The notes: generated by a model not told the origin, from the letters alone. DNA of 64,000 nucleotides from Aquificaceae bacterium (GCA_025057455.1 JANWWY010000003.1:15821-79820); one strand, 5' to 3'; shown: positions 1 to 9,969, counted from the stretch's first letter. Translations and numbers: made by a program.

Positions 1-121
1 TTTTTGAATGTTTTTGTTCCACTTGTTTGTGGTTGTACTGTCCAATGTCCTTCATACAAAAGGATTATATCAAACTGCGGTTAGGGACCTTTTACCTCAT
101 CTCTTGAACTGCTTCTATGCT

Positions 122-1042
122 TTACCTACTAAACTGCTCTTTGGCTCTTATTAGCTTTGCTATAAGGTCGTTTAAGGGTAAGTATATGCCCTTTTCCTTA
201 GCAAGCGCTACGAGGGCACCGTTAAGAGCATCTATCTCTGTCTTGCCCTTTTTCACATCTTCAAGCATGGAAGGATAATGGTCCTTTGTAGGTGGAAGAA
301 GCCTCTCGTAGAAATGTTTTCTGTATTCCTCAGAAGAAGACCAAAAGGTAGGTATGCTATAAGCCTTTATAACCTCAAAGGCTTCCTCTATTATGCCGTC
401 CATTATGTTCCTTGTGTGGGGGTTGCTGGCGATTTCTCCGTAGGTCTTTTCAAAGAGTGCACCCAACGGGTTCAAGGCACAGTTATACAAAATTTTGTCC
501 CACAGATACTTGTAGACCTCAGGCGAGTACCTTGTGGGTATGCCTGAAATGCTGAAAACCTCAGAAAGCTCTTTCAGGTATGCCTCCTGGATGTTTTTTG
601 ACGGGTCTCCTATTACTACATCATCACCGCAGACAGTTATTCTCACAAGCCCCCACTCCAAAAGCTTAGCACCGAATATTACGCGAGCCAGTATAACTCT
701 GCCCTCACCGAAAACCTTGACCGCCTTTTCGTAGTTTCCGTAGCCGTTCTGAGCCACCATAAGAAGGCTTTTACCCTCCTTCAGACTCTTTATGTCCTCT
801 AAAGCCCCGTCCGTGTCGTAGCTCTTTACCGTCAGTATGACAATATCAGGTTCAAAATCCAAGCCCTCAATAGAGTCTATAGTGTTAACCTTCTGCTCAA
901 ACTCACCCCATATGCCCTCCACTTTTATGCGGTCTAAACTCCTGCCCTTTTTAACAAGTCCTACAGCCCTATGGCCAGCCCTACTCAAAAAGGCAAGATA
1001 TACACTGCCCACCGCACCTACACCAACCACCAGAAAGTTCAT
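122..1042 (-). CDS. panE: 2-dehydropantoate 2-reductase (ketopantoate reductase)
   Basis: N-terminal Rossmann GxGxxG (VGVGAVG), TVKSYD, QNG, CALNPL, SMLED and EIDALNG motifs of the ApbA/PanE family. Confidence 0.9.
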   Translation of the reverse strand: MNFLVVGVGAVGSVYLAFLSRAGHRAVGLVKKGRSLDRIKVEGIWGEFEQKVNTIDSIEGLDFEPDIVILTVKSYDTDGALEDIKSLKEGKSLLMVAQNGYGNYEKAVKVFGEGRVILARVIFGAKLLEWGLVRITVCGDDVVIGDPSKNIQEAYLKELSEVFSISGIPTRYSPEVYKYLWDKILYNCALNPLGALFEKTYGEIASNPHTRNIMDGIIEEAFEVIKAYSIPTFWSSSEEYRKHFYERLLPPTKDHYPSMLEDVKKGKTEIDALNGALVALAKEKGIYLPLNDLIAKLIRAKEQFSR

Positions 1043-1551
1043 TCTCTTTCCTCCAGTTTTACGTAAGGTAAGATTTCTCTCAGGTCTATGTATCTATCGC
1101 AGGCGTTGACCAGCTCCACCGCAGTAGCCTCTTTAGTAGAAAGGCATATGACCTCTTTCCCAAAATTTCTGAGAGTCCACACAAGCTTTTCAAAATCCCC
1201 ATCGCCGGTGCAAAGTATGGCGGTATGGTAGTTATCCTTTGTGAGCAGGGCATCTATGGCAAGGTTTACATCAAGGTCTCCCTTGTAAGTGCCGTCCTTA
1301 AGCTGTTTTATAGGTCTTTTTATGACCGTTATACCGCTAAAGGCAAGAAGCTTTATGAAATTCTCCTGTTTTTCGTCCCCTTCTCTGTAGGCTAAGTAAA
1401 AAAAGGTGTTGTATATGTCAAACTCGGACCTAAAGTAGTTTACTAACTTAAAAAGGTCAATCCTCTGGTGTAAAATGTCCTTCTGCACAAAGTAGAAATT
1501 AGAACCATCAATAAAGATGCAGGCTCTTCTTTTCACTCCTGTAGGTACCAT
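1039..1551 (-). CDS. NYN domain (LabA/DUF88, PIN-like) protein
   Basis: IFIDGSN, KGDLDVNLAID and TGDGDF motifs; 4-nt overlap with the panE start. Confidence 0.85.
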   Translation of the reverse strand: MVPTGVKRRACIFIDGSNFYFVQKDILHQRIDLFKLVNYFRSEFDIYNTFFYLAYREGDEKQENFIKLLAFSGITVIKRPIKQLKDGTYKGDLDVNLAIDALLTKDNYHTAILCTGDGDFEKLVWTLRNFGKEVICLSTKEATAVELVNACDRYIDLREILPYVKLEERE

Positions 1552-1724
1552 ACCCTTATGCCCACAGATACGTGAGAGTTTCTCTCCCAGAGAGTTTCTA
1601 CACCCACTATCTTAGGCTTGTTTAGCCTTATCCACTGGTTTACCTGCTCCTGCAGAAGCTGTTCCATGCTTTCATCCCTGAAAGGTGTCATTTTGCGATG
1701 AAAGTCTTTGAATCGAAGCTCCAT
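1533..1724 (-). CDS. small hypothetical protein (63 aa)
   Basis: Fills the gap between grpE and the NYN gene, TAATG stop/start coupling to grpE, protein-like composition. Confidence 0.65.
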   Translation of the reverse strand: MELRFKDFHRKMTPFRDESMEQLLQEQVNQWIRLNKPKIVGVETLWERNSHVSVGIRVWYLQE

Positions 1725-2269
1725 TAAGTTATTTCCTCCTGATAGTAGGAGACTACAACCTTGGCGGGTCTAAGCACTCTATCGTGCAGGGTATAACCTT
1801 TCCTCTCTACCCTTATTACTGTGTTGGGTGGAACGTCCTCGCTGTACTCTCTGTCCACAGCCTCCGCAAGGTATGGGTCAAACTCTTTGCCCAACAGCTC
1901 AATCTCTTTTATTCCATATTTTTCCAATATTCTCAAAAGCTCTCTGTATATAAGCTCAAACCCCTTTTTAAAGCCTTCCAAATCAGAACCCTCGTATTCA
2001 AAAGCTCTTTCAAAGTTGTCAACTACTTCAAGAAGCTCAAAGGCAAACTTTTCGTAGCCGTATTTTTTAGCCTCTTCTAAGTCTCTCCTGTACCTTTCCT
2101 TTAAGTACTCTGTTTCCCTTTGAAGGTCTACGTAACGCTGGTTTATTATCCTTGCGGTGTTTTCAAGTTTTTGTAATTTCTCCTCAAGCTCTCTGATTTT
2201 TGCATCCTTGGCATCTATTGGTTCTTGAACCTCTTGGGTTGTTTCTGATTGCCTCTTTTCTTCCATCAT
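1724..2269 (-). CDS. grpE: nucleotide exchange factor GrpE
   Basis: N-terminal coiled coil, LLEVVDNFERA, FDPYLAEAV, KGYTLHDRVLRPAKVVV. Confidence 0.95.
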   Translation of the reverse strand: MMEEKRQSETTQEVQEPIDAKDAKIRELEEKLQKLENTARIINQRYVDLQRETEYLKERYRRDLEEAKKYGYEKFAFELLEVVDNFERAFEYEGSDLEGFKKGFELIYRELLRILEKYGIKEIELLGKEFDPYLAEAVDREYSEDVPPNTVIRVERKGYTLHDRVLRPAKVVVSYYQEEIT

Positions 2270-2375
2270 ATGATAAATTATAGCATACCTATTATTACCT
2301 TAATTTTGCAAGGCTACGGGCGGTAAACCTCCATCCCAAAAGGGTTTAAGCATCAAGTTTAAAATCCTGATTTTT

Positions 2376-3551
2376 TCAAGGTATGCTAAGAAGAGCTTCC
2401 TTTAGTCTTTTTATCCCTTCTTTTATCACTTCTTCCGATACGCAATAGGAGAGCCTTAAGTAGCCCTCCGCACCGAAAGCTGACCCTGGCACTCCCGCAA
2501 CTCTTCCCTTTTCTATCAGGTAATCGGCCAAGGCAAGGTCAGAGCCAAACTTTTTAGAGTAATGGCTTAGGTTTGGAAATATGTAAAAAGCACCCTTCGG
2601 CTTTACAACACTAACGTGAGGTATGTCCCTTAAAAGTTCGTAAGCAAGGTCCCTACGCCTTTCAAAGGTTTTTTTCATGTTTTGGACGAATTCCTTTGCC
2701 TGCGGATTTTTAAGGGCTTCTAAGGCACCGTATTGAGCAAAGGTGGTGGCGTTAGATATACTTTGGCTGTTAAGGTCCGCTATAACCTTTGCGTACTTCT
2801 CGGGGCATGCAACATAGCCAACCCTCCAGCCTGTCATAGAATAGGTCTTAGAGAAGGCGTTGACGGTAAAGGTTATCTCTCTTATTTCCTTTGAGAGGCT
2901 TGCCGGACTTACAAACCTATCACCATCGTAAAGGAAGGCTTCATAACACTCATCAGAAACCAGAAGAATGTTTTTCTCTAAGCATAGCTGGGCGATTTTC
3001 TTTATTTCTTCCTCTGGCACCACCGCACCCGTAGGGTTTGATGGAGAGTTGAGTATGAGCATCTTGGTCCTTGGGGTTATGTATTCTTTTAGCATATCAG
3101 CTCTCAGAATAAAGTTTTCCTCTTCCGTGGGAACTTCAACCACCTTCGCACCGCAAAGAAGTATCTGCTCTGGGTAGGTAACCCAGTAGGGTGAGGGTAG
3201 TAGAACTTCGTCACCCTCTTCAAGCACCGCAAGCATTACAAGAAAGAGCGCCATTTTAGCACCAGCGGTAACCACTATCTCAGAAGGACTGTACTCTACG
3301 CAGTTCTCTACGAGTAGCTTTTCCGCAAGAGCTTCTCTGAGTTGTGGCAGACCAGCGGATGGTGCATACTTGGTTTTTCCCTCCCGCAGAGCTTTTATGC
3401 AAGCCTCTTTTATAAAATCGGGTGTGTCAAAGTCTGGTTCTCCAGCACCAAAACCCACTATATCCAAACCTGTGGCTTTCAGCTGGTTCACCTTAGCGGT
3501 AAGTGCGAGGGTGGGTGCTGGCTTTATGTGGGAGACTCTCCTTGCAAGCAT
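2376..3551 (-). CDS. aspC: PLP-dependent aspartate aminotransferase (class I/II)
   Basis: GEPDFDTP, NSPSNPTG, SDECY, SKTYSMTGWRVG (PLP lysine). Confidence 0.9.
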   Translation of the reverse strand: MLARRVSHIKPAPTLALTAKVNQLKATGLDIVGFGAGEPDFDTPDFIKEACIKALREGKTKYAPSAGLPQLREALAEKLLVENCVEYSPSEIVVTAGAKMALFLVMLAVLEEGDEVLLPSPYWVTYPEQILLCGAKVVEVPTEEENFILRADMLKEYITPRTKMLILNSPSNPTGAVVPEEEIKKIAQLCLEKNILLVSDECYEAFLYDGDRFVSPASLSKEIREITFTVNAFSKTYSMTGWRVGYVACPEKYAKVIADLNSQSISNATTFAQYGALEALKNPQAKEFVQNMKKTFERRRDLAYELLRDIPHVSVVKPKGAFYIFPNLSHYSKKFGSDLALADYLIEKGRVAGVPGSAFGAEGYLRLSYCVSEEVIKEGIKRLKEALLSIP

Positions 3552-3558
3552 AAAGCTA

Positions 3559-4311
3559 TTATACTTTAAAAACTTCCTTCAGGAACTCAAGGCTTTTGTG
3601 ATTGGTAAGGTCAAGCTGTAGGGGTGTAATGGAAACATAGCCGTGGTAAACAGCCCAGTAGTCCGTTCCTTCTTCCAAATGCCAGCCAAACTCTTCGGCG
3701 GTTATCCAGTAAAGGGGTTTTCCGCCTGGGTCCAATAGCTTTAGCACCTTTTCCCTGTAAGCCCTTCTGCCTTGACGGGTAACCATAAAGCCCTTAATCT
3801 CAGGCTCTGGAAGGTTTGGTATGTTTACGTTCAAATAGGTATCCTCTGGCATGTTAAGTTCAATGACCCTTTCAACCACCCTCCTTGCTACCTTTGCTAT
3901 TTCTCCAAAGTCCACTTCTTCCCTACCGAATGCGGAGAAGGCCACAGAAGGTATGCCCAAAATTCTCCCTTCCATGGCGCCAGATACGGTGCCAGAGTAA
4001 GTTATATCCTCACCCAGGTTAGGTCCCTCGTTTATGCCAGAGCAAACCAAGTCTGGTTTTTTACCTTCAAGAAACAGATAATAACCAAAGTGAACGCAGT
4101 CCGCTGGAGTGCCACCTATAACTGTCCAAAAGTCCTCCTCCACACGCCTTATTCTCAAGGGCTGTGTAAAGGTAAGGGAATGACCTACACCGCTCAAGTT
4201 TCTGTCTGGTGCTACTGTTATCACCCTTCCTAATTTCCTAAGCTCTTCCCTGAGGGCTTTTATGCCTTCTGAAAAGTAGCCGTCATCGTTGGTTAGCAGG
4301 AAAACAGGCAT
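3559..4311 (-). CDS. surE: 5'/3'-nucleotidase SurE
   Basis: LLTNDDG, VAPDRNLSGVGHS, GTPADCV, SGINEGPNLG, YSGTVSGAMEG, SITPL. Confidence 0.95.
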   Translation of the reverse strand: MPVFLLTNDDGYFSEGIKALREELRKLGRVITVAPDRNLSGVGHSLTFTQPLRIRRVEEDFWTVIGGTPADCVHFGYYLFLEGKKPDLVCSGINEGPNLGEDITYSGTVSGAMEGRILGIPSVAFSAFGREEVDFGEIAKVARRVVERVIELNMPEDTYLNVNIPNLPEPEIKGFMVTRQGRRAYREKVLKLLDPGGKPLYWITAEEFGWHLEEGTDYWAVYHGYVSITPLQLDLTNHKSLEFLKEVFKV

Positions 4312-4329
4312 CGCCTATATTTTATCCTG

Positions 4330-4995
4330 ATGGGTTGTCCCAAGTGTGGAGGAACTGGATTTATAGATAGGGGCGGAGTTTTGGAGCTTTGCGCTTGCAG
4401 GTACGAGGGTGTAAACTTGCAGAAGTATCTAAATATTCCAGTTCGTTTTATAAACTCTGAGTTTGAAAACTATATACCTGTCTCCCCATCCCAGAGGAGG
4501 GCTCTTGAGGTTTGCCTGCATTATGCACAGGAGTTTGACCCAAAATCGGGCAAGGGGCTTAGCCTAATAGGTCCGCCCCAGATGGGCAAGACTCATCTTG
4601 CGGTAGCAGTACTAAAGTACGTATATAGACAAAAGAGAATAAGAGGCTTTTTCTTTGATACAAAAGACCTCTTTTATAGACTGCGCCAGTATTCGGACAT
4701 AAGCCAAGAGAAGTATCACAAGCTTATGAGACTAGTTCTTAATACACCCCTGCTAGTGCTTGATGACCTTGGAAGCGAGAGGCTTTCCGATTGGAGGATA
4801 GAAGTCTTATCTCACATAATAAGCCATAGGTACAATTTTTTAAAGAGTACAATAATCACCACCAACTACAGCCTGCTAAGGCAAGGCGAAGAGGTGGCAA
4901 AGGCTTTAGAAGAAAGGTTATCCCCAGCCATCGTAGGAAAGATATATCAAATGAACGAACTCATAGACATGAGTTACGAAGAGTTAAAAAAATAG
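4330..4995 (+). CDS. DnaC/DnaI/IstB-like AAA+ ATPase, probable replicative helicase loader
   Basis: N-terminal CPKC...CAC, Walker A GPPQMGKT, Walker B LLVLDDLG, IITTN; no IstA transposase nearby. Confidence 0.75.
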   Translation: MGCPKCGGTGFIDRGGVLELCACRYEGVNLQKYLNIPVRFINSEFENYIPVSPSQRRALEVCLHYAQEFDPKSGKGLSLIGPPQMGKTHLAVAVLKYVYRQKRIRGFFFDTKDLFYRLRQYSDISQEKYHKLMRLVLNTPLLVLDDLGSERLSDWRIEVLSHIISHRYNFLKSTIITTNYSLLRQGEEVAKALEERLSPAIVGKIYQMNELIDMSYEELKK

Positions 4996-5637
4996 AGAGA
5001 GAAATAGGGCTGGCATAAGGTTTAGAACTCTCAGATTTTCTAGAAGACCTAAAAGCTTAATCCCTATCAAGAACATCAGTCCACCGCCTATAAAAAGGGT
5101 GTTAGACATGGCTTGCTGGCTCAAAAAATCACCAAAGAAGTAAGCCAGAAGGGTTATAGAGCCCTGAAATAGAAGCACGTATAGGGAAGACAGGGCAACG
5201 CCCAAACCCAAAGAGGAGGAAAGAATCATAGAAGAAAGACCATCCATGAATGCCTTGGAAAGTAGAAGAGAACTGTCCCCTTTAGTTCCTTCAAGGATGC
5301 ACCCCATAAGGGTCATAGGTCCCACCGTGAAAAGAAGAGAGGCTGAAACAAAACCTTTAGAAAGGTTTGATGTTCTTTGAGTTAGTCTCTCTAACCTCTC
5401 CTCTAAGCTAAGAAGGTTTCCAAGCACCGTACCCACGAAGAGAAAGAAAAAGACCTTAGGGAGCTCAGGTTTATACTCTGACATAAGCTTCACGGATATC
5501 ATTATGGTAAACATGCCTATGGTTTGCAAAATAACCACCCTGTAGCGGTCAGGTATGAGGTTTGAGAACCTAAAACCTATTAGACCACCAAAAAGGACAA
5601 GGGACGCATTCACCAAAGTTCCAAAGGTGGGAAACAT
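4984..5637 (-). CDS. DUF554 family membrane protein
   Basis: GTLVN start, LFTVGPMTLMG, KAFMDG motifs, multiple hydrophobic segments. Confidence 0.8.
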   Translation of the reverse strand: MFPTFGTLVNASLVLFGGLIGFRFSNLIPDRYRVVILQTIGMFTIMISVKLMSEYKPELPKVFFFLFVGTVLGNLLSLEERLERLTQRTSNLSKGFVSASLLFTVGPMTLMGCILEGTKGDSSLLLSKAFMDGLSSMILSSSLGLGVALSSLYVLLFQGSITLLAYFFGDFLSQQAMSNTLFIGGGLMFLIGIKLLGLLENLRVLNLMPALFLSLFF

Positions 5638-6836
5638 TAGCTTTGCGAAGACTGGGCTTGGGAAAGTATATCCTGGAACATGCTGAGCAAAAACTCAGCC
5701 CTATCTGAAGGTCCGTAGTTTTGCAGTACCCTTTCCCTTGCCCTCTTGGCTATCTCTAAAGCTTCCTGCCTGTTTTCAAGGTAATAAACCACCTTTTCCT
5801 CTATGTCCGCTCTGTCCAAGGGCAAGTAGCTTATTACCTCTTGACCTGCAGTAAAGAAACCCGGAAGCGTAGCTCTGTAGTCTATGACTGGTGCACTTTC
5901 CATGAGGGCAACCTCAAGGGGGACAAAACCTATGCCCGTTGGCACTGCGTGGGGAAAGCTCATCACCGTCATGAAAGACCTGCCTATTACATCAAGAGCT
6001 TCATCCCAGCTTTGTATACTCACATGCTCGTGACCTTCCAAAAGTTGACCTTCAAAGGCACCCACTATCTTTAGGTTTATGCCCTCAAGAAAACTAAGTA
6101 TGTACCACCTTTTTCTGGCTGTGGCGTAAAAGCTTATATCGTTAAGAAACCTTATATAGTCTTGAGGGTTCTCTTGCCTCCATTTGATAAATTCCTCTTG
6201 AAAGCTCTGATTAAACATAGAAAGCACATACTCGCTCACATAGAGAAGGTGGGCTTCGGGATTTCTAAACAAAAATTCACCTACTTCAAAGAAGTACGGG
6301 ACGAAGGACTCTTTGAGATTTTGTAACACTTGCTGTGCAATTATGTTTGGGTCCACCGCAGGACCTAAGAAAACCACCTCAATATCCTTTTCTTTGTGGG
6401 GCTTTGGCATCTGCTCAGGGTCCGCAAAAGGTGTTATGTAAAAAGTGCCTCGCTCATGCCCCAAGAATTTGAGGCTGTCCGCATACTTTAGGTCAGTAAC
6501 TACTGGAAGGAAGTTGTTTGCTCCCCTCAAGTCAAGTAGGACGGGGAAATGAAAAAGGGGCTCATCTGTAAAAAGGCTTACGTGCACAAAACCAAAGGCA
6601 TCAAAGATGGGCGTTTTCTGACCATCCCTTTCACCAAAGACTACACAGCTACCGTTGAGGTCAAGGGTAAAAAGGGGAGAGAATTCAAGAAGCCTTTGAG
6701 CCGCATCGTTAATATCTTCTTCTGCGAGGTCAAACTCTTGAACCTCCACACCCCTTTCTCTGAAATGCCTAAGCAGGGCTAGCACATGCCTGTTAATACC
6801 TAAATCCTTCCCCTGTTTAAGAAAGGCTATTCTCAT
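5637..6836 (-). CDS. CgeB/DUF3880-like glycosyltransferase (GT-B fold)
   Basis: C-terminal GT1-like segment (FVPLEVALMESAP, FTAGQEVISY, DIEEKVVYYLENRQEALEIAKRARERVL). Confidence 0.65.
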   Translation of the reverse strand: MRIAFLKQGKDLGINRHVLALLRHFRERGVEVQEFDLAEEDINDAAQRLLEFSPLFTLDLNGSCVVFGERDGQKTPIFDAFGFVHVSLFTDEPLFHFPVLLDLRGANNFLPVVTDLKYADSLKFLGHERGTFYITPFADPEQMPKPHKEKDIEVVFLGPAVDPNIIAQQVLQNLKESFVPYFFEVGEFLFRNPEAHLLYVSEYVLSMFNQSFQEEFIKWRQENPQDYIRFLNDISFYATARKRWYILSFLEGINLKIVGAFEGQLLEGHEHVSIQSWDEALDVIGRSFMTVMSFPHAVPTGIGFVPLEVALMESAPVIDYRATLPGFFTAGQEVISYLPLDRADIEEKVVYYLENRQEALEIAKRARERVLQNYGPSDRAEFLLSMFQDILSQAQSSQS

Positions 6837-6846
6837 GATTTAAAAA

Positions 6847-9800
6847 TCATACCATAGAAAATATCCTCACTGCTTCCTCTTCTGGCATGGGCTTTCCTAA
6901 AAGGTAGCCTTGAATATAAGTACAGCCCATCTCCCTAAGCATAATGAGTTGTTTCTGGCTTTCCACACCTTCTGCAAATGTTTCTATACCAATGTCCCTG
7001 CTAAGACCTATTATATGCTTTATTACCGCTCTCTTTCTACTATCAAAGACCATATCCCTCACAAAGGATATGTCAATCTTTACTCCATCCACAGGAAATG
7101 TGGATATGTAGGCAAGGGATGAATAGCCAGTTCCAAAGTCATCAATTAAAAGCCTTATGCCAGCTTCTCTTAGCATTATTGCATGCTCAAGGGTTTTCTC
7201 TGGGTCGCTTAAAAGCACCCTTTCCGTTATCTCAACAGATATAAGAGAATCCTTTGTCTGTTCTGTAAGCGTGCTTATAAAACTTTTGTCCATAAAACTG
7301 CGTGCGGATACGTTTATAGATAGGGGTAGGCGAACCTTGTGGTAAAATTCTAAAACCTTTCTGAGGGCTATACCCTCAAAACTTTTAAGATGCTTACTGT
7401 TTTCCAGATAATCTATGAAGTAATTAGGTCCGTATATACTCCCATCCCTTTCTCTTATTCTTACCAGTGTTTCAAAACCAGCAAGCTTCAAATCCTCACT
7501 TCTGTAATAGGGCTGATAGTAGAAAACGAAAGAGTCCTCTTCTATTGCCCTTCCCACCAGCTCTATGGCAAAGGTTATTTGTTTTACCCTTTCTTCAAAA
7601 TCTGGTTCAAAAAATCTCCTTTCACCCTCTCCCGCTTTTTTTGCGGAGGCTAAGGCTACGCTCGCTTTTTCATGAACTTGATTAAAGGCTTCTCCGTACG
7701 TCACTGCTATGCCCATGTTTATAGATATGGTTAGCCTATCACCACTCTCCAAGGTTATGGGTTCGTCAAGCACCTCTTCTATTTTGTCTGCGGTAAAAAT
7801 AACCTCTTCTTCCTTTTCTATAGGTACAAAAAGAGCAAACTCGTCGCCGGCAACCCTCCCTATAACTCCATAGTTGCCAAACTCTGATTTAAGTCTCTGT
7901 GCTAACTTAGCAAGCACCTCATCTCCCACCTTGATGCCGTATTTTTTGTTTATGAGTGACATACCGCAAACATCAATCAGAAATAAGGCGTTCCTTTTAC
8001 TTCCGCTCATTGATTCTATAGCCTTTAACCTAAGACCATCAAGATTAAGAAGACCAGTAACTGGGTCATAGAAGGTAAGCCTTTCAATCTCAGAAGAGAG
8101 ATAAACCTCTCTTGTGATATCCTTACCTACGCTTATAAACTTTAATGCACCGTTGGGCAAATTCACAGGGTATATGTTTTGCTCAGTATAAAAAAGTTCA
8201 CCGTCCTTTTTTCTATTGACGAAGACAGCATGAAATTCCTTTCCAGAAAGGATGGTATTCCAAAGATTTTCATAAAACTCCTTACTGTGATAACCAGACT
8301 TAAAAATACTGGGTTTTTTGCCCAAAACCTCTTCCTTTGAATAACCAGAAATCTGAGACACCGCATCGTTTGCATATGTAATTGTTCCATCACTATCGCA
8401 AATTAGAACCCACGATGTAGAGTTCTCAAGAGCTGAAGCTACAAGCGTATTCCTCCATAATTCTTCCAATCTTTTTAAGGCAAACTCTACGTCGTATTTG
8501 AGCTCATAAAGTATATCCTTTGCGTCTTCCTGAAAATAATATGGTTCCTCCGCGTAGAGGACGAAAACATATGTTTTCCCATTTCCCTTACTTACTGGTA
8601 TGGCACAGGAAGATAGAAGGTTCATTTCTATCATTTCGTGTTTAATCGTGTTAGGAAGGTCAGAATTTCTAACATCAGGATTTACAACGATTCTATCCTC
8701 CCTGTATGCTTTAAATAAAATGCTGTCCTCTGAGGAACTTTCCAAATCTACTATAGGTTTATCCTTCAGAGAATAGACAGATTCTATGTTGCCTTCCTGA
8801 TTGAATGCACAAACCCACACAAATTTTATGCCCATTTTATCTACCAGACCCTTACATATTCTTTCAAGAAGCTCTTCTTCTAATACAACCTGAGTAACTG
8901 TTCTGTTTACCTCCTTAAGGAGTCTGTAAAATCTCTCAAGTCTTTTTCTTTTTGTTATGTCCACGAGGAAAAGAGCGCCTGCATAATTTCCTTCATAGAG
9001 TATGTTCACTGAGGCGATTAAGGTCCATAATGTAGAACCATCCTTCTTAAAAAGCTGGAGTTCACCGTAGTCTATGGTCGGATGTTCCCCTGAAAGTTGC
9101 CTTTTGACTAAACTTTTTAATAAGCTTCTATAATCAGGGTGGGTCATTTTATCTATTAAGGTAAACACATCCGTATTTCTGATTTCATCAAGCGTATATC
9201 CAGAAAATCTTAAAAAACCTTTGTTGGCAAAAAGCACATTTTCACCATACACAAGAACCCCTATATGGGATATCTCTTTTAGGCTTTGGGCTAAACTTGC
9301 TCCAGACCATAGCCTTAAAAACTTATCAAACTCTCTATGAAGCTTGATTATACTTTGAATATCTTCTTCACCGGCTGTCTCCAATTCTTCAAAGGATAGG
9401 AGCGCGTTTTTTATTCTGTAGTAAAGCTCTCGTTTTACCATAAATATGTGAGATGTATCAAAAACGTAGTCTTCAAGCACTCTAAGTCCCTCTTTCTCAC
9501 TTTCCTCTATCTCATCCCAGGTTTCGCTGTACATTATGCCTGCGTGCACCTCTTTTTCTCTAAGAAGTGAGAAGACCTCATAAAAGTTGTTGGTAAATAC
9601 GAGCCTTATACGCTCCGTATCCAAGCTAATGAGAGGATAACCTATGGGCTTTAAGAAGGGGACAGCTACAAGTATGGAACCTTCCTCTGGAATTCCATCC
9701 CTTACAAGTAGAAAAAACCTATCCCTCTGACCTCTGAATTTGGCCACTGGTTTATACCCCTTTTCGTACAGGAAGGGTGTAACGAAGGGTCCAGCATAAT

Positions 9801-9969
9801 AAAGGTCAAAAAAATTTCCTTCCTCTATCCTTTTGTACTCCTCGACGCTCCCCTTCAATACTTCAAAGTTTACCCTTTCCCCCAAAGATTCCTCTAATCT
9901 TTTTACGAAAGTTTTCCACCTCTCTAAACCTTTTTGCGTATCATGTGGACAGACAGAAAAGTTTAACAT
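6847..9969 (-). CDS. multi-sensor diguanylate cyclase/phosphodiesterase (phosphonate-binding-like fold, PAS, GAF, PAS, GGDEF, EAL)
   Basis: PAS/PAC motifs (KKDGS..W..DIT; KKDGE..KDIT), YDPVTGLLN, RVAGDEF, YQP..FETLVR, DDFGTGYSSL, KID, AEGVE, QGY. Confidence 0.9.
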   Translation of the reverse strand: MLNFSVCPHDTQKGLERWKTFVKRLEESLGERVNFEVLKGSVEEYKRIEEGNFFDLYYAGPFVTPFLYEKGYKPVAKFRGQRDRFFLLVRDGIPEEGSILVAVPFLKPIGYPLISLDTERIRLVFTNNFYEVFSLLREKEVHAGIMYSETWDEIEESEKEGLRVLEDYVFDTSHIFMVKRELYYRIKNALLSFEELETAGEEDIQSIIKLHREFDKFLRLWSGASLAQSLKEISHIGVLVYGENVLFANKGFLRFSGYTLDEIRNTDVFTLIDKMTHPDYRSLLKSLVKRQLSGEHPTIDYGELQLFKKDGSTLWTLIASVNILYEGNYAGALFLVDITKRKRLERFYRLLKEVNRTVTQVVLEEELLERICKGLVDKMGIKFVWVCAFNQEGNIESVYSLKDKPIVDLESSSEDSILFKAYREDRIVVNPDVRNSDLPNTIKHEMIEMNLLSSCAIPVSKGNGKTYVFVLYAEEPYYFQEDAKDILYELKYDVEFALKRLEELWRNTLVASALENSTSWVLICDSDGTITYANDAVSQISGYSKEEVLGKKPSIFKSGYHSKEFYENLWNTILSGKEFHAVFVNRKKDGELFYTEQNIYPVNLPNGALKFISVGKDITREVYLSSEIERLTFYDPVTGLLNLDGLRLKAIESMSGSKRNALFLIDVCGMSLINKKYGIKVGDEVLAKLAQRLKSEFGNYGVIGRVAGDEFALFVPIEKEEEVIFTADKIEEVLDEPITLESGDRLTISINMGIAVTYGEAFNQVHEKASVALASAKKAGEGERRFFEPDFEERVKQITFAIELVGRAIEEDSFVFYYQPYYRSEDLKLAGFETLVRIRERDGSIYGPNYFIDYLENSKHLKSFEGIALRKVLEFYHKVRLPLSINVSARSFMDKSFISTLTEQTKDSLISVEITERVLLSDPEKTLEHAIMLREAGIRLLIDDFGTGYSSLAYISTFPVDGVKIDISFVRDMVFDSRKRAVIKHIIGLSRDIGIETFAEGVESQKQLIMLREMGCTYIQGYLLGKPMPEEEAVRIFSMV

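Noticed and set aside
3772-4233. 153-aa ORF antisense to surE, representative of the many shadow ORFs in the track (e.g. 18410-18931, 20068-20598, 23448-24086, 29601-30113)
   Set aside because: Fully overlaps a well-supported gene on the other strand, with no motifs or initiation signals
4330-4995. IS21 element suggested by the IstB-like ATPase
   Set aside because: No IstA transposase or terminal inverted repeats nearby; context and the Zn-motif N-terminus fit a chromosomal helicase loader
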